The notes under the pieces are model-generated. The model worked only from the letters and a program-made list of their open reading frames with translations. It ran no database searches and had not been told where the DNA came from. A program made the translations under genes and the position numbers. Below, in pieces: positions 10,492 to 20,045 of a stretch of DNA of 64,000 nt. Position 1 is the stretch's first letter, and each line of letters starts with the position of its first letter. This stretch comes from a virus (taxonomy: Duplodnaviria > Heunggongvirae > Uroviricota > Caudoviricetes): IMG/VR virus record IMGVR_UViG_2645727901_000008; one strand, given 5' to 3'.

Positions 10492-10558
10492 GCTGGTTCT
10501 TATCCTCTAAAGCGAGAGAACGAGGCAAGGCTACCCACGGTTAATGGGCAGCCTCTGA

Positions 10559-10837
10559 TCAGGATTGGCTTACCGTGAAGTTATCGCCTACGGTTACTTC
10601 TTTCGTAGTTGGTTCAACACTGACGGTGCTTACGCTTTTATGTGCCTCCCTAACAGTGACTGTGCACTGTGCGGTTTTATTGCCGTCATTTGTTTTGATT
10701 GTCAGCACTGCCTGCCCGGCCTTAAGAGCGGTACATGTAGTGCCATCAACCCGGACAATATCAGGGTGATCTGACTCAACAGTGAAAGATTTGTCTGTTG
10801 CGTCAGATGGCGTGATAGTTACTTGAATGTTTGCCAT
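10559..10837 (-). CDS. Bacterial Ig-like domain protein
   Basis: 92 aa beta-rich TVTV/TVSV repeats typical of Big_2-like domains; GGAG RBS. Confidence 0.5.
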   Translation of the reverse strand: MANIQVTITPSDATDKSFTVESDHPDIVRVDGTTCTALKAGQAVLTIKTNDGNKTAQCTVTVREAHKSVSTVSVEPTTKEVTVGDNFTVSQS

Positions 10838-10983
10838 TTTTTCTCCTGAACGCCCCTTAATCAGGGGCGTGTTTTTGCCTTACTTCTGCTTTGTTTTTTT
10901 CTGTGCCTTTGAAGTGTTCGCGGCGATAGTTTCACCTTCATCTACGTCAAGTGACGTTGGTGATACCGACACGTTCGCCACCA

Positions 10984-12681
10984 TCACTTTTTTTCGTTAA
11001 CCTTGCCTGTCAGCATGTCGATAGCACCTTCTTTGGCACGAGTCAGACGCAGGCGGGTGAAGTAGTTTTCACCGTTGCGAGGATGTACTTCGTTGATGGC
11101 ACTGCCCCAGAGAGTGGTACGGTTAACGAGAGACGGATTGGTTTCGTGAACGTAAGGGATTGCTGGGACTGCATCACCAGCAATCAGACCGGCTTTACCA
11201 ATGCCTTCGCCACGCCCATAGAAGAAGATGTCATCCAGCCCGAAGTCATATCCCTGTGCCTGGAATTGCTCACAGACAGGTTGCGGCACTTCGTAAATAC
11301 GAATCGTGCCAAACAGGGTGCCGATGTACTGTACATACGGCGACTGAACGTAACCTGGTGCGATCTGGAAGTGCTGTGGAGGCAGAGAGCGCAGGAAGTT
11401 CGCGGCGTCACCACCAGCAAAGCCGCCACGAATACCCGTTGTCAGGGTACGATTTGCCATTTCTTGAGACAGAGCGTTTACTACGTGACGCAGGAGGCCG
11501 ACCCAGGACTCATAGTTTTGAGCTTCCGGCAGAGCCACATCAAATTCACGACCATAAACGGTATGGAATACCAGGGTGCGCAGACGCATGATGTCGGTTT
11601 CATGGGAGATCCAGTTACGCATCGCGGAGAACTGAAGTGCCGCTAATTCAAGGCCGTGCTCACGGCTTAAATCGGATGCGGACATTACCGTGTGTTCGGA
11701 AGCAATTACGTACTGGGACGGACGAACTTCGTACTTACGCATAGCCTGGTTGATCACCGGAATCAGGCTTGGATTGCGCTCGATGTTAATTTCGACCTGA
11801 ACAGCAATTTCAGTCCCTTCTGCTGGCGCTTGAGTGAAGGTAATGTCGATGACACCAGTGTCATAGGCAACTTTGGCAGTCGCTGAGAAAGCATTACCTT
11901 TGCTGTCTTTAGCATTGAAATAAAGGTTGCCATCGCCGTCGTCAACTTTGGACGGTTTGCGGTTGATCAGCAGTTTGTTATAACCAGCGCGAAGCGGGCA
12001 GGATTGTCCCTCAAAATTTTGGATGTCGAACTGGAAGGTTTTGGTGCTGCCATCCCCTTTAGTGGAAAGGGTATACAGGCGCTTCATTTGAGAATAAACA
12101 CCAGCTGACTGCATATTCAGTTCGTCACCTTGTTTGAAGGTGCCGAATTTTGTGCCTGCTACGTTGACCAGTTCATAAATATTTGACTCGTCACGATCAC
12201 AAGGAACAAAAGTACAGGCATCACTGGTAGCAGCGCCCAGAGAGGCAGGCAGAATTAGAGCAGCATATTGAGCAACTTTCATTACGCCGTCAGAGCTACG
12301 CATTGATTGCGCGACAGACTCAAACATTGCCTTACCCGTGCCTTCATGGGTATCACTGGCACATTCAGTCATCAGGCGTTCAAGAGCCATGTGTGCGTTC
12401 GCCAGGATGTCACTTGCCGGGTAATGACCATGTTGACGTTTATACTCATGCAGAGACATAGCCCACCCACCAGTGATCTGACGAGCGACCTCTGGATTTA
12501 CGCCTTCAAACATAGGCACTTTCTGGATTGCTTTATCCAGGTTTTCCATCATTACTGCCTGGTCAGCAATCATGTTGCCTGCTGCATCGGTGGTCGGATC
12601 GACGGTCATAGCCATGACGCTTGCCGCCCGATTCATAATCTCGCGCTCGCGATCACGAGCTGGCTGAATGTTTTTATTCAC
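10984..12681 (-). CDS. Putative major head protein (P1 gene 23-like by size and position)
   Basis: 565-aa ORF, GTG start, upstream of the sheath gene; assignment by synteny only. Confidence 0.4.
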   Translation of the reverse strand: MNKNIQPARDREREIMNRAASVMAMTVDPTTDAAGNMIADQAVMMENLDKAIQKVPMFEGVNPEVARQITGGWAMSLHEYKRQHGHYPASDILANAHMALERLMTECASDTHEGTGKAMFESVAQSMRSSDGVMKVAQYAALILPASLGAATSDACTFVPCDRDESNIYELVNVAGTKFGTFKQGDELNMQSAGVYSQMKRLYTLSTKGDGSTKTFQFDIQNFEGQSCPLRAGYNKLLINRKPSKVDDGDGNLYFNAKDSKGNAFSATAKVAYDTGVIDITFTQAPAEGTEIAVQVEINIERNPSLIPVINQAMRKYEVRPSQYVIASEHTVMSASDLSREHGLELAALQFSAMRNWISHETDIMRLRTLVFHTVYGREFDVALPEAQNYESWVGLLRHVVNALSQEMANRTLTTGIRGGFAGGDAANFLRSLPPQHFQIAPGYVQSPYVQYIGTLFGTIRIYEVPQPVCEQFQAQGYDFGLDDIFFYGRGEGIGKAGLIAGDAVPAIPYVHETNPSLVNRTTLWGSAINEVHPRNGENYFTRLRLTRAKEGAIDMLTGKVNEKK

Positions 12682-12814
12682 GGTTAAGCCCTAAATTCGG
12701 GCGCGGCGTGAAGGTTCTTTTGACGGGCTAACAATACCTACTTTGTGATTTAGTCAATAGGTTTAGTAAAATAAAATCTATTAACACTCATGTTGTTATG
12801 TGGTTTAATTTTAG

Positions 12815-12828
12815 TTTTCTAACACAAA
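12815..12828. promoter_or_regulatory. C1-type operator-like site TTTTCTAACACAAA
   Basis: Member of a recurring TTTTCTAACA motif family; immediately upstream of ATG 12840. Confidence 0.5.
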
Positions 12829-12839
12829 TCATTAGAGTT

Positions 12840-13232
12840 ATGGCGTATCGAATCTTTGTTTCGTATAAAAATGGCGCTAAGAGCCACTCTCTGAACACAA
12901 CAAGTCGCTTTCTTGTTGAGGCGCAGTTGGCATCAATTCTTGCCGAAAGTGAGATACTCTCGCTCGCTGAACGGATCGTTATCCAGTTTTCTGGTAGAGA
13001 TATACTCAATGTCCCCGCCCTCACCCCGGCCTCCGAAGTTATGGAATCAATTAAATGGCCTGTATGCGGATGTCCTGCCAGGGTTGAAGAGCCGGTAACA
13101 GCAACGCTCTACATGCCGAAAGCAGTAAGAGATTGGCTTGCTATGGTTGGTAATGGGAAAGTCAGTGCTGGACTTCGCAAGTTAATTGAAATGGCAGATA
13201 TTCCTGAGTTAAAAAACGCATGGCGACAATGA
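12840..13232 (+). CDS. Hypothetical protein, operator-controlled
   Basis: ATG 12840 downstream of operator motif. Confidence 0.4.
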   Translation: MAYRIFVSYKNGAKSHSLNTTSRFLVEAQLASILAESEILSLAERIVIQFSGRDILNVPALTPASEVMESIKWPVCGCPARVEEPVTATLYMPKAVRDWLAMVGNGKVSAGLRKLIEMADIPELKNAWRQ

Positions 13233-13248
13233 GTAAACAAGGGACAAA

Positions 13249-13707
13249 ATGAGCCACGTTAACCCATCAAAAACACAATATCGCTTAATGCTGGCGATCG
13301 CGTCAGCTATACCAACCAGCCTGAATCCCCCGGCAGGCTATCCCGCTGTTGTTGATGATTGTTTTCAGTATTACGGAGAAGACATCCTGAGCCAGTCCAA
13401 AGCGCTCAAGCAGTTATGTAAGGCAGGTATTCTTCACTGTATCGGAGATCCGGACGATTTTGTTGTTATGCTGGCGGATCGTGACTCTTTTCTACTGTCC
13501 TGGAAAGCCGGTGCGCGCGAAGCACGTTTGGGGAATGGTATTGGTTACATAGACTATAGTGATTGTCCGCTGGCATTTGCTGGTGGATATATGCATTGGC
13601 ATGAGCGAAATAGAGGCCGTCAGCGTCAGTATCGCTTGAGTGACTTTAACGTCTGTCACGGTTTCGAAGAAGCTGACAGCCAGGACATCTGGCTTCAGGA
13701 GCCTTGA
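13249..13707 (+). CDS. Hypothetical protein
   Basis: 152-aa ORF with ATG start. Confidence 0.45.
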   Translation: MSHVNPSKTQYRLMLAIASAIPTSLNPPAGYPAVVDDCFQYYGEDILSQSKALKQLCKAGILHCIGDPDDFVVMLADRDSFLLSWKAGAREARLGNGIGYIDYSDCPLAFAGGYMHWHERNRGRQRQYRLSDFNVCHGFEEADSQDIWLQEP

Positions 13708-14027
13708 TCCCCCTTCCCTTCCCAAATCTCCCTGTTTCTTTGGTTATTCAGTGCGTTTCGTTGGTTGCATTCGTCGATCGTGCTGAATAACTGTTCAGCG
13801 TATGTCGGATACTTGTTTAACAGCACTGGCGTGTCCTCTGGCACTAAACAAGGGGAGTAATCAATCAGATTTGCCTGCGGCTTGCTGGTGGCTTCTACGG
13901 TAATTTTCACTGGCACGCTGGTTGATGGCTTTTGCCCGTTCCCGCTGCATCCTGATAACGTCATCAGGCACACGCACATCGTTAATCCCAGCACGGCGTA
14001 ACGCATTTTCAAGGCGAGTGATTTCAT
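13695..14027 (-). CDS. Outer-membrane spanin subunit (Rz1-like lipoprotein)
   Basis: Signal peptide with lipobox LSGC; overlaps the 3-prime end of the i-spanin gene in another frame. Confidence 0.6.
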   Translation of the reverse strand: MKSLALKMRYAVLGLTMCVCLMTLSGCSGNGQKPSTSVPVKITVEATSKPQANLIDYSPCLVPEDTPVLLNKYPTYAEQLFSTIDECNQRNALNNQRNREIWEGKGDQGS

Positions 14028-14334
14028 TCTGGCTTTCCTCTCGTTGTTTGATTAGGTTGGCATTCAGTTCTGCTGTTTTGCGCTGGTACTCCTTTTCCAG
14101 TGCTTTAATTCTTTCGTTTTCGGTCAGCATGGCTGAGCGAGCGTTCTCACTTAACTGTAATGCGGTAGAAAGCGTGTTGTTCGTGCTTTCCAGTTGTGAT
14201 TTTGAGTCTTCAAGCGATCGGACATACCTGATGTGTTCGATAACTGCCGTCGTTGTTCGGTAAATTCCAGAAATGGCTAAAAGCGCAATTACAATCAAAA
14301 TTATCTTTTTCAAAACCATCCTCTCCAGGTTCAT
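13861..14334 (-). CDS. Inner-membrane spanin subunit (Rz-like)
   Basis: N-terminal TM helix then long coiled-coil; overlapped by the o-spanin ORF. Confidence 0.6.
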   Translation of the reverse strand: MNLERMVLKKIILIVIALLAISGIYRTTTAVIEHIRYVRSLEDSKSQLESTNNTLSTALQLSENARSAMLTENERIKALEKEYQRKTAELNANLIKQREESQNEITRLENALRRAGINDVRVPDDVIRMQRERAKAINQRASENYRRSHQQAAGKSD

Positions 14335-14389
14335 TTTTGGTGTTAAACATGTACCAATTTACATCCTTTTGTGTGCCTAAGTGGTGTTT

Positions 14390-15196
14390 CTATGGTTCCT
14401 TTTTGGTGTTCTTTTGGAGCGCATCGATAACGCCTTGTGGCATGATTAAACTGATTGCCGGACTCATTACTGCATCATCCAGTAGAGAACCAGTTAACGT
14501 GATGGCGACAGCGTTCTCTAAACCTCTGGTTGCCTGAGTGGTTGACGTTTTAATGCGACCTGTAAGGGCTACGACACCCTCACTTGCTGAGTTAATTTCG
14601 GAGAGTAAAACTTCGGCGGCTGTCACTGCTTCCCGTAAAGCATCAATTTCATCCTGAGTAATGACTGGAGCCTGAGCGCCCCCAGCACCACCCTGTCCAC
14701 CATTGCTTTCACCACCACCAGCACTTCCGGTAGCTTCAATTTTTGCGTTAATGGCGTTCATGGCGGTTTTCAGAGCATCAAGTTTTAGCGCCGTCAATGC
14801 GTCCGTCAGAGATTGCGGAATGGAAACATTCCCCATTCCCTCAACAAGGGCGAAAGCAGGTATGGGGGTCAGCTCGTTACCTTTTGCGTAGCATTCCCAG
14901 CCAATCTTCATCTGTAACAGCTCTGATGGTTTGGTGTATGGGGAAAGAGAATCAGCCAGTAATGAAGACGCTTTGCTGGCCTCATTGAGCTGTTCAGAAA
15001 AGCCAAGCAATTGAGTAGTCCAGGCCGAAACAGAATCAGGATAGGTTTTATCGGCGTGAACTATTCCCTGTATGGCGCTGGCGAGCGATGAGGCTTTTAC
15101 AGAAGCTGCCCGGCTTATGGTTATAGATTCTGGTGTAGAGATACCGGCATCTGACAGAATTTTGAAGGCTTTAACTTCACCTATTGAATCAAGCAT
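14390..15196 (-). CDS. Hypothetical alpha-helical protein coupled to the PAAR gene
   Basis: ATG at 15196 overlaps the PAAR stop (TAATG). Confidence 0.45.
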   Translation of the reverse strand: MLDSIGEVKAFKILSDAGISTPESITISRAASVKASSLASAIQGIVHADKTYPDSVSAWTTQLLGFSEQLNEASKASSLLADSLSPYTKPSELLQMKIGWECYAKGNELTPIPAFALVEGMGNVSIPQSLTDALTALKLDALKTAMNAINAKIEATGSAGGGESNGGQGGAGGAQAPVITQDEIDALREAVTAAEVLLSEINSASEGVVALTGRIKTSTTQATRGLENAVAITLTGSLLDDAVMSPAISLIMPQGVIDALQKNTKKEP

Positions 15197-15480
15197 TATG
15201 CAACCTGAAAAATATCCTCGCCGTTGGCGATAACAGAACCACAAGAAAGCGGATCGCCTACACAGACAACTCCCTTTCCACCTATCGAAAACCATACTCG
15301 CGTCGATACAGCTGCCCCTGGATGTGCACTGTTACCGTCAGTGTGACTGGGAAACATGGCACCATCTACAACAACTGGCTTACCGTTAACGGTGAACCAG
15401 GGAACGGTTTCAGCTACCAGTCGCGGCGGAAATCCTCCGTGACCAGAACAAAGGGTGTCGCTGGTGGCTATTGCGCTCAT
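15196..15480 (-). CDS. PAAR-repeat spike-tip protein
   Basis: 94 aa with PAAR-like repeats (GHGG, SHTDG, HPGAAV); AGGAGG RBS. Confidence 0.7.
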   Translation of the reverse strand: MSAIATSDTLCSGHGGFPPRLVAETVPWFTVNGKPVVVDGAMFPSHTDGNSAHPGAAVSTRVWFSIGGKGVVCVGDPLSCGSVIANGEDIFQVA

Positions 15481-15565
15481 TCTTCACCTCCTGGTTATCC
15501 TCCTATTGTCATCACTTTGTTATTTCGTCATTCAAACGGAGAGTTAAATTTCGGAATATTTTTGT

Positions 15566-15724
15566 ATTCTCAATTCGTTCTCAAATAAATCTCACTGTCA
15601 GACCATCATTCGGTGGGTGATTAAGATATTCTCAAAATAAACTCAACAATCGCTCTTTTTATCTCGTTTGGTGTGGATTTTTGGGTGCTTCTCTTTTAAA
15701 ATTACATTTTGGTTCTCAAATGTG
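15566..15724. repeat. parC-like centromere: iterated TTCTCAA(A/T) repeats upstream of parM
   Basis: At least four TTCTCAA copies between 15566 and 15724. Confidence 0.5.
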
Positions 15725-15745
15725 TCTCAGAAGTGGAGCAAGAAG

Positions 15746-16702
15746 ATGCGCATTTTTATCGATGATGGTTCAACCAATATCAAAATGCTGTGGGAGCACG
15801 ACGGGGAAACTCGCACTCACATCAGCCCTAACAGCTTTAAGCGCGGATGGTCAGCAACATTTGGTGCTGGCAAGCCATTTAACTATGTCATTGACGACGA
15901 AAAGTATTCGTATGATTTGATCTCGCCAGATGTTCTGCCGACGAATAACGTGGAATGGCAATACAGCCCGCTTAACGTCCTGGCTGTTCACCATGCCCTG
16001 CTGACAAGTGGCATTGAGCCGCAGGAAGTAGAAATTGTGGTTACGCTGCCACTGGCGGAGTTTTACGACGACGACGCGCAATACAATCTCGATAACATCG
16101 AGCGCAAGAAAGCCAGCCTTATGCGCCCCGTCACGCTGAATAAAGGCAATGTATTCACGATTAAGAAAGTTACGGTACGCCCGGAGTCTATTCCGGCAGG
16201 AATTGGTCTGTGCGACAATCTGAACCCTGCCCACTCTGTTCTTATCGTCGATTTGGGTGGAACTACCCTTGATGTTTCAATGGTCGCCGGGCAAATGACG
16301 GCAGTTTCCCGTGTTTTTGGCGATTCGAATCTTGGTGTATCACTGGTCACCAGGGAAGTAAGGCAAGCACTTGCCAGAGCCAATACCGAAACGTCAAATT
16401 ACAATGTCGATCAGCTCATTATTAACCGCCACGATGAAGATTATCTGAACGACAATATCAATGACCCATCAGCGGTTGGTGATGTGAAAAAGGCCATTGC
16501 CGCAAGCATTGACCGTCTGCGTACCCGCGTTCTTGATGTGATTGGCGACTTTAAAGGATATACGCATGTCATGGTGATCGGTGGTGGCGCACCGCTGGTG
16601 GCAGATGCAATTCGCGAGCAAGTTAATATTCGTGATGACCGTTTCTTCGTGGCGGATGACCCGCAACTTGCTCTTGTTCATGGCCTGAAAGCAATCGGTT
16701 AA
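15746..16702 (+). CDS. parM: Actin-like plasmid segregation ATPase (ParM/StbA family)
   Basis: Actin-fold motifs IFIDDGSTNIK, IVDLGGTTLD, MVIGGGAP; GGAG RBS. Confidence 0.75.
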   Translation: MRIFIDDGSTNIKMLWEHDGETRTHISPNSFKRGWSATFGAGKPFNYVIDDEKYSYDLISPDVLPTNNVEWQYSPLNVLAVHHALLTSGIEPQEVEIVVTLPLAEFYDDDAQYNLDNIERKKASLMRPVTLNKGNVFTIKKVTVRPESIPAGIGLCDNLNPAHSVLIVDLGGTTLDVSMVAGQMTAVSRVFGDSNLGVSLVTREVRQALARANTETSNYNVDQLIINRHDEDYLNDNINDPSAVGDVKKAIAASIDRLRTRVLDVIGDFKGYTHVMVIGGGAPLVADAIREQVNIRDDRFFVADDPQLALVHGLKAIG

Positions 16703-16715
16703 CGAGGTAATGTCC

Positions 16716-17054
16716 ATGTCTCAGGAACGTAAGAAAGTGATGATTTATCTTCGCCCAGAGGCTTATGCCAATGAAAAGGCGGCGAGCGAGAAGATAAAAA
16801 AACATAGCGATATGGCAAGAACCGCATTGTTGGCAGGGCTTGCGCTGGGAGAAGTCGATAGCAGGCTTCCAGGATTACTGGCTTCCCTGCTGACCGAAGA
16901 CAATAACCCGGAGCTGATCCGAAAAATGCTGGCATCCTTCCTGGAACTACCAGCTGCGGTTGAGGAGCGCCCTGCCTCCATTGAGCCAGTGAAGGAGCAA
17001 GTTGTTGCCAAAAGCGCGTCGGCGCGTAATCTTGCTGATTCTCTACCTGATTGA
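16716..17054 (+). CDS. parR: ParR/StbB-like centromere-binding adaptor
   Basis: Small ORF immediately after parM, ATG 16716 with GAGG RBS. Confidence 0.5.
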   Translation: MSQERKKVMIYLRPEAYANEKAASEKIKKHSDMARTALLAGLALGEVDSRLPGLLASLLTEDNNPELIRKMLASFLELPAAVEERPASIEPVKEQVVAKSASARNLADSLPD

Positions 17055-17071
17055 TGGTCAAAACTCTATTT

Positions 17072-17097
17072 TAAGGCTGCAAATTGCAGCCTTTTTT
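17072..17097 (+). terminator. Rho-independent terminator after parR
   Basis: GGCTGCAA-ATTGCAGCC hairpin followed by TTTTTT. Confidence 0.6.
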
Positions 17098-17106
17098 GTT
17101 CCTTTT

Positions 17107-17300
17107 TGGTGTTAAAATGGCATCAAAGCGACACCAAATGGGAGTCGTTAATGTACTGGTGCATACTTGGTGCTAATTTAGTGCTATTCAGGCGCAAAAC
17201 GTGTACCAGTATCCATCGGATTTGATGTTATACTTCCGGCATTAAGAATGGTGCTATTGCTGTACCGTTGATGTGTAAATGTGGTGCTGTTTTAGTGTAA
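17107..17300. repeat. Centromere-like iterated GGTGCT(A)TT repeats upstream of parA
   Basis: At least five GGTGCT-containing repeats; similar GTGCCATAATG repeats and a CGTGTACCAGT box recur at 18270-18335. Confidence 0.45.
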
Positions 17301-17326
17301 AAATAGAGCCAAAATAAAGCCGAGGT

Positions 17327-17974
17327 ATGGACATGATTATCCTGGTAGCAAGTCAAAAGGGAGGCTGTGGCAAGTCAACCACCAGCGTCAATATTTGTGC
17401 CGAGCTGGCCCGAAAAAACAAAGATGTCGTCTTGATTGATGCTGATAAGCAGGGAACGGCAGCTCGATGGGCGTCAGACCGTAATTCGTCCGAAGTGACA
17501 CCAGTTATTCATTGCGTCCAGAAGTTTGGAAATATTCGAGAAACTCTGCTCGATCTTAACAATCGATATGAATACGTGGTTGTTGATACCGCAGGTCGTG
17601 ATAGTAAAGAGATGCGCACAGGTATAACGGCGGCGGATATTCTATTGGTTCCATTCAGGCCGTCTCAGCCAGATTTGGACACGCTGGCACACTTTGTTGA
17701 GGTGTTTGAAGAGGCTTTGGATCTGATGCCTAATCCCAATATTAAGGCGTGCGCAGTCTTAACTATGGCCCCGTCAAATCCGGTTGTGAATGAAGCAAAT
17801 GAGGCCAAAGAGTATCTGGCAGAATATCCGCAACTGAAATTGCTGAAAACCATTATTCGCGATCGCAAGGTTTACCGCGACTGCATGGCTGAAGGAAAGG
17901 GTGTTGTTGAGATGGATAACGGTAAGGCGAAAGGTGAAATTCAGATGTTAGTTAAGGAGTTGCTAAGTGATTAA
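17327..17974 (+). CDS. parA: ParA/ParF-type partition ATPase (small deviant Walker-A)
   Basis: KGGCGKST deviant Walker A motif, 215 aa. Confidence 0.8.
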   Translation: MDMIILVASQKGGCGKSTTSVNICAELARKNKDVVLIDADKQGTAARWASDRNSSEVTPVIHCVQKFGNIRETLLDLNNRYEYVVVDTAGRDSKEMRTGITAADILLVPFRPSQPDLDTLAHFVEVFEEALDLMPNPNIKACAVLTMAPSNPVVNEANEAKEYLAEYPQLKLLKTIIRDRKVYRDCMAEGKGVVEMDNGKAKGEIQMLVKELLSD

Positions 17975-18251
17975 ACGTCGAGAACCAGCTAAAGCGCCTA
18001 AGGCTACTGATCCGGAACTTGAGCGAAGAATTGAAGAGTTCGCCAGCAAAGCGGATTTAATCCCGGATGAAATTACAACGGGGAAGGTGCTTGATAAAGA
18101 TGCGCCGCGCGACTTTAAATCCATACGCGTGAGCTTTAATGAATATGAGTACGGGGTGCTCGATGCGTTAAGCAAAAAGCTTAACCGCAGCAAATTGAAC
18201 CTGATTCGACATGCCATCCTCATGCTTGCTGAGTCAGAGGATGCTAAATGA
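17967..18251 (+). CDS. ParG-like small partition DNA-binding protein
   Basis: 94 aa, overlaps the parA stop, C-terminal ribbon-helix-helix-like region. Confidence 0.5.
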   Translation: MIKRREPAKAPKATDPELERRIEEFASKADLIPDEITTGKVLDKDAPRDFKSIRVSFNEYEYGVLDALSKKLNRSKLNLIRHAILMLAESEDAK

Positions 18252-18370
18252 TACCGATTTGATGCCTTATTGGCGTCTATCGTGTACCAGTGCAATAATG
18301 TGTCAAAGTGGTGCCATAATGGTGTTAATATACAGCCATATTGATATCAAATTGACACTGTATCGGCATC

Positions 18371-18396
18371 AAAAAGCCCCAGGCGGGGCTTTTTCT
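18371..18396. terminator. Bidirectional rho-independent terminator
   Basis: A-run, GCCCC-AGGC-GGGGC hairpin, T-run between convergent parG and dam-like gene. Confidence 0.6.
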
Positions 18397-19300
18397 ATTT
18401 GAGCGTTGCAATGATATCGTTAGCGACTATTCGCGTGGATGCTTTGCATGACACGGACCGTCTGGCTGGCATGTGGTACAGCTTAAAACCGTTTCTTTCG
18501 TACAATTCGCGAATTTTTGGCGCGCCACTGTTTGTTATTACTATCTTTGCACCGCGCTGGTGGGCCGCCACCAACAGTGATACAAGCCGTTTTTGTTCAT
18601 CGAAAAGGAAGCTATTTCCTGAATAGCTGGTAAATCCCTCTGTATCTGGCAGCGGCTCATACGGCGGGTCACAAAAAATCACATCGTCTTTACCAGCCGC
18701 CTCGATGACACCAGCAAAGTCACCTGATACAAAGGAAGTGTTTTTGAGTACGTCATCAGCCAAAAATGCCTTCATCTCTGCATGTGGGAAGTAGGGCGCT
18801 TTGTATTTGCCATACCCCACGTTGAACTCGCCATTTTGGTTGTACCGCGTTACGCCATTAAAACAGTGACGATTAAGGTACAAAAATGCGGCAGCATGAT
18901 GTAGTTGGTCATACTTTCCTCTGTTAAATGCCTCACGCACTTCGAGGTAAGCGTCAGCGTTGTTGTAATTTTTGAAAAAACTATATGACAGCGTGACGAG
19001 CGAATGTCCTTCTCGCTGCAATGTCTGATAGAAGTTAATCAGGTCACCGTTAATATCATTAAGCAGGTTGTGGCGAAATCCTGCATTCGTAAATACGGAA
19101 CCGCCACCAACGAATGGTTCTATTAACCGCTTACCGTGTGGTAGATGCTCAAGCACTGTAGGCAATTCTGAGAATTTACCACCTACCCATTTGAATATCG
19201 GACGCTCATATTCATCCGGAGTCCGAATGGTGCGCATATAGCTAATTTCAGCCATCGTATCCTGTTTTTCTATGGCTATGCTTGCTATAGATTTACTCAT
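18395..19300 (-). CDS. dmt: Dam-type N6-adenine DNA methyltransferase
   Basis: FKWVGGK motif I and DPPY catalytic motif; ATG 19300 overlaps the upstream stop by 8 nt. Confidence 0.75.
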   Translation of the reverse strand: MSKSIASIAIEKQDTMAEISYMRTIRTPDEYERPIFKWVGGKFSELPTVLEHLPHGKRLIEPFVGGGSVFTNAGFRHNLLNDINGDLINFYQTLQREGHSLVTLSYSFFKNYNNADAYLEVREAFNRGKYDQLHHAAAFLYLNRHCFNGVTRYNQNGEFNVGYGKYKAPYFPHAEMKAFLADDVLKNTSFVSGDFAGVIEAAGKDDVIFCDPPYEPLPDTEGFTSYSGNSFLFDEQKRLVSLLVAAHQRGAKIVITNSGAPKIRELYERNGFKLYHMPARRSVSCKASTRIVANDIIATLK

Positions 19301-20045
19301 AGAGCACCCCCTTATTCGCTTCGAAAACTGCCTTTGCGAATCCATGTGGAGTAGCACTTCGAAAATTAGCCCTGTCAGGCCCTGGTGGCGCGGCATGGAT
19401 TCTGTTATCTGGCTTGCCTAATGATTCGTCCATTAGGGCATCAGGCATGACAAAGCCCTGGCCGCTCCAGAGGCATGTTTTTTTTGTGTAGTTATCTTCC
19501 TGACAATATGCAGTGAAGAAGTAAGGGTGAAAGATGTGATCTGGCTTACGCCAGAATGTCGATATTTTGCTGACCGGATTTTCAATCATGTACGGACAAC
19601 CGATCATCTTTGCAATGTCATAACACTGCCAGACAACCTGCATTGCTTTGAACTGGAAAACCGGATCTTTATTAGCCTTGTCCGAAAACCAGCGCGCGCC
19701 GGAAACAGCCAGGTCAGTACACGGTGGGAACCCGGCCAGAAACACGATGCGCTGCAAATTCTTACGGAGAAAAGCGTATACTTCATCGCTATCGATGATC
19801 GCACTAATACGCGTCAGAACGGCACCTGATTGCATCCGCTCGTCACTGGTCGATAAGTGCTGTGGATCGACGATAGCGGCATCGACACCGTATTCCAGCC
19901 AGGGGGCAACCATTGCCCCCGTAAAATCACAAAGACTCACAACAAGCTGTCGGTTATTATCGTTCTGCTTCACCGCCAATGGCCTCCACCAGCGCGTTAA
20001 ACAGTGCAGATAATTCGCCCGTAAAGAGCACGAAATCAGCATCAA
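19293..20045 (-). CDS. C5-cytosine methyltransferase-like protein (catalytic-domain motifs only)
   Basis: Motif I-like [10 protein letters not shown] motif FAGFPPC, ENP motif; overlaps hrdC 3-prime end and the dam-like start. Confidence 0.5.
   Translation of the reverse strand: MMLISCSLRANYLHCLTRWWRPLAVKQNDNNRQLVVSLCDFTGAMVAPWLEYGVDAAIVDPQHLSTSDERMQSGAVLTRISAIIDSDEVYAFLRKNLQRIVFLAGFPPCTDLAVSGARWFSDKANKDPVFQFKAMQVVWQCYDIAKMIGCPYMIENPVSKISTFWRKPDHIFHPYFFTAYCQEDNYTKKTCLWSGQGFVMPDALMDESLGKPDNRIHAAPPGPDRANFRSATPHGFAKAVFEANKGVLYE

Noticed and set aside
10848-10875. Hairpin CGCCCCT-TAATC-AGGGGCG plus T-run between head-like and Ig-like genes as a terminator
   Set aside because: It is oriented for plus-strand termination while all flanking genes are on the minus strand; more likely a 5-prime UTR structure or chance
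10984-12681. T4 gp23-type capsid identity for the 565-aa protein
   Set aside because: No similarity to T4 gp23 as recalled; the head assignment rests on P1-like synteny and size only, so confidence is kept low
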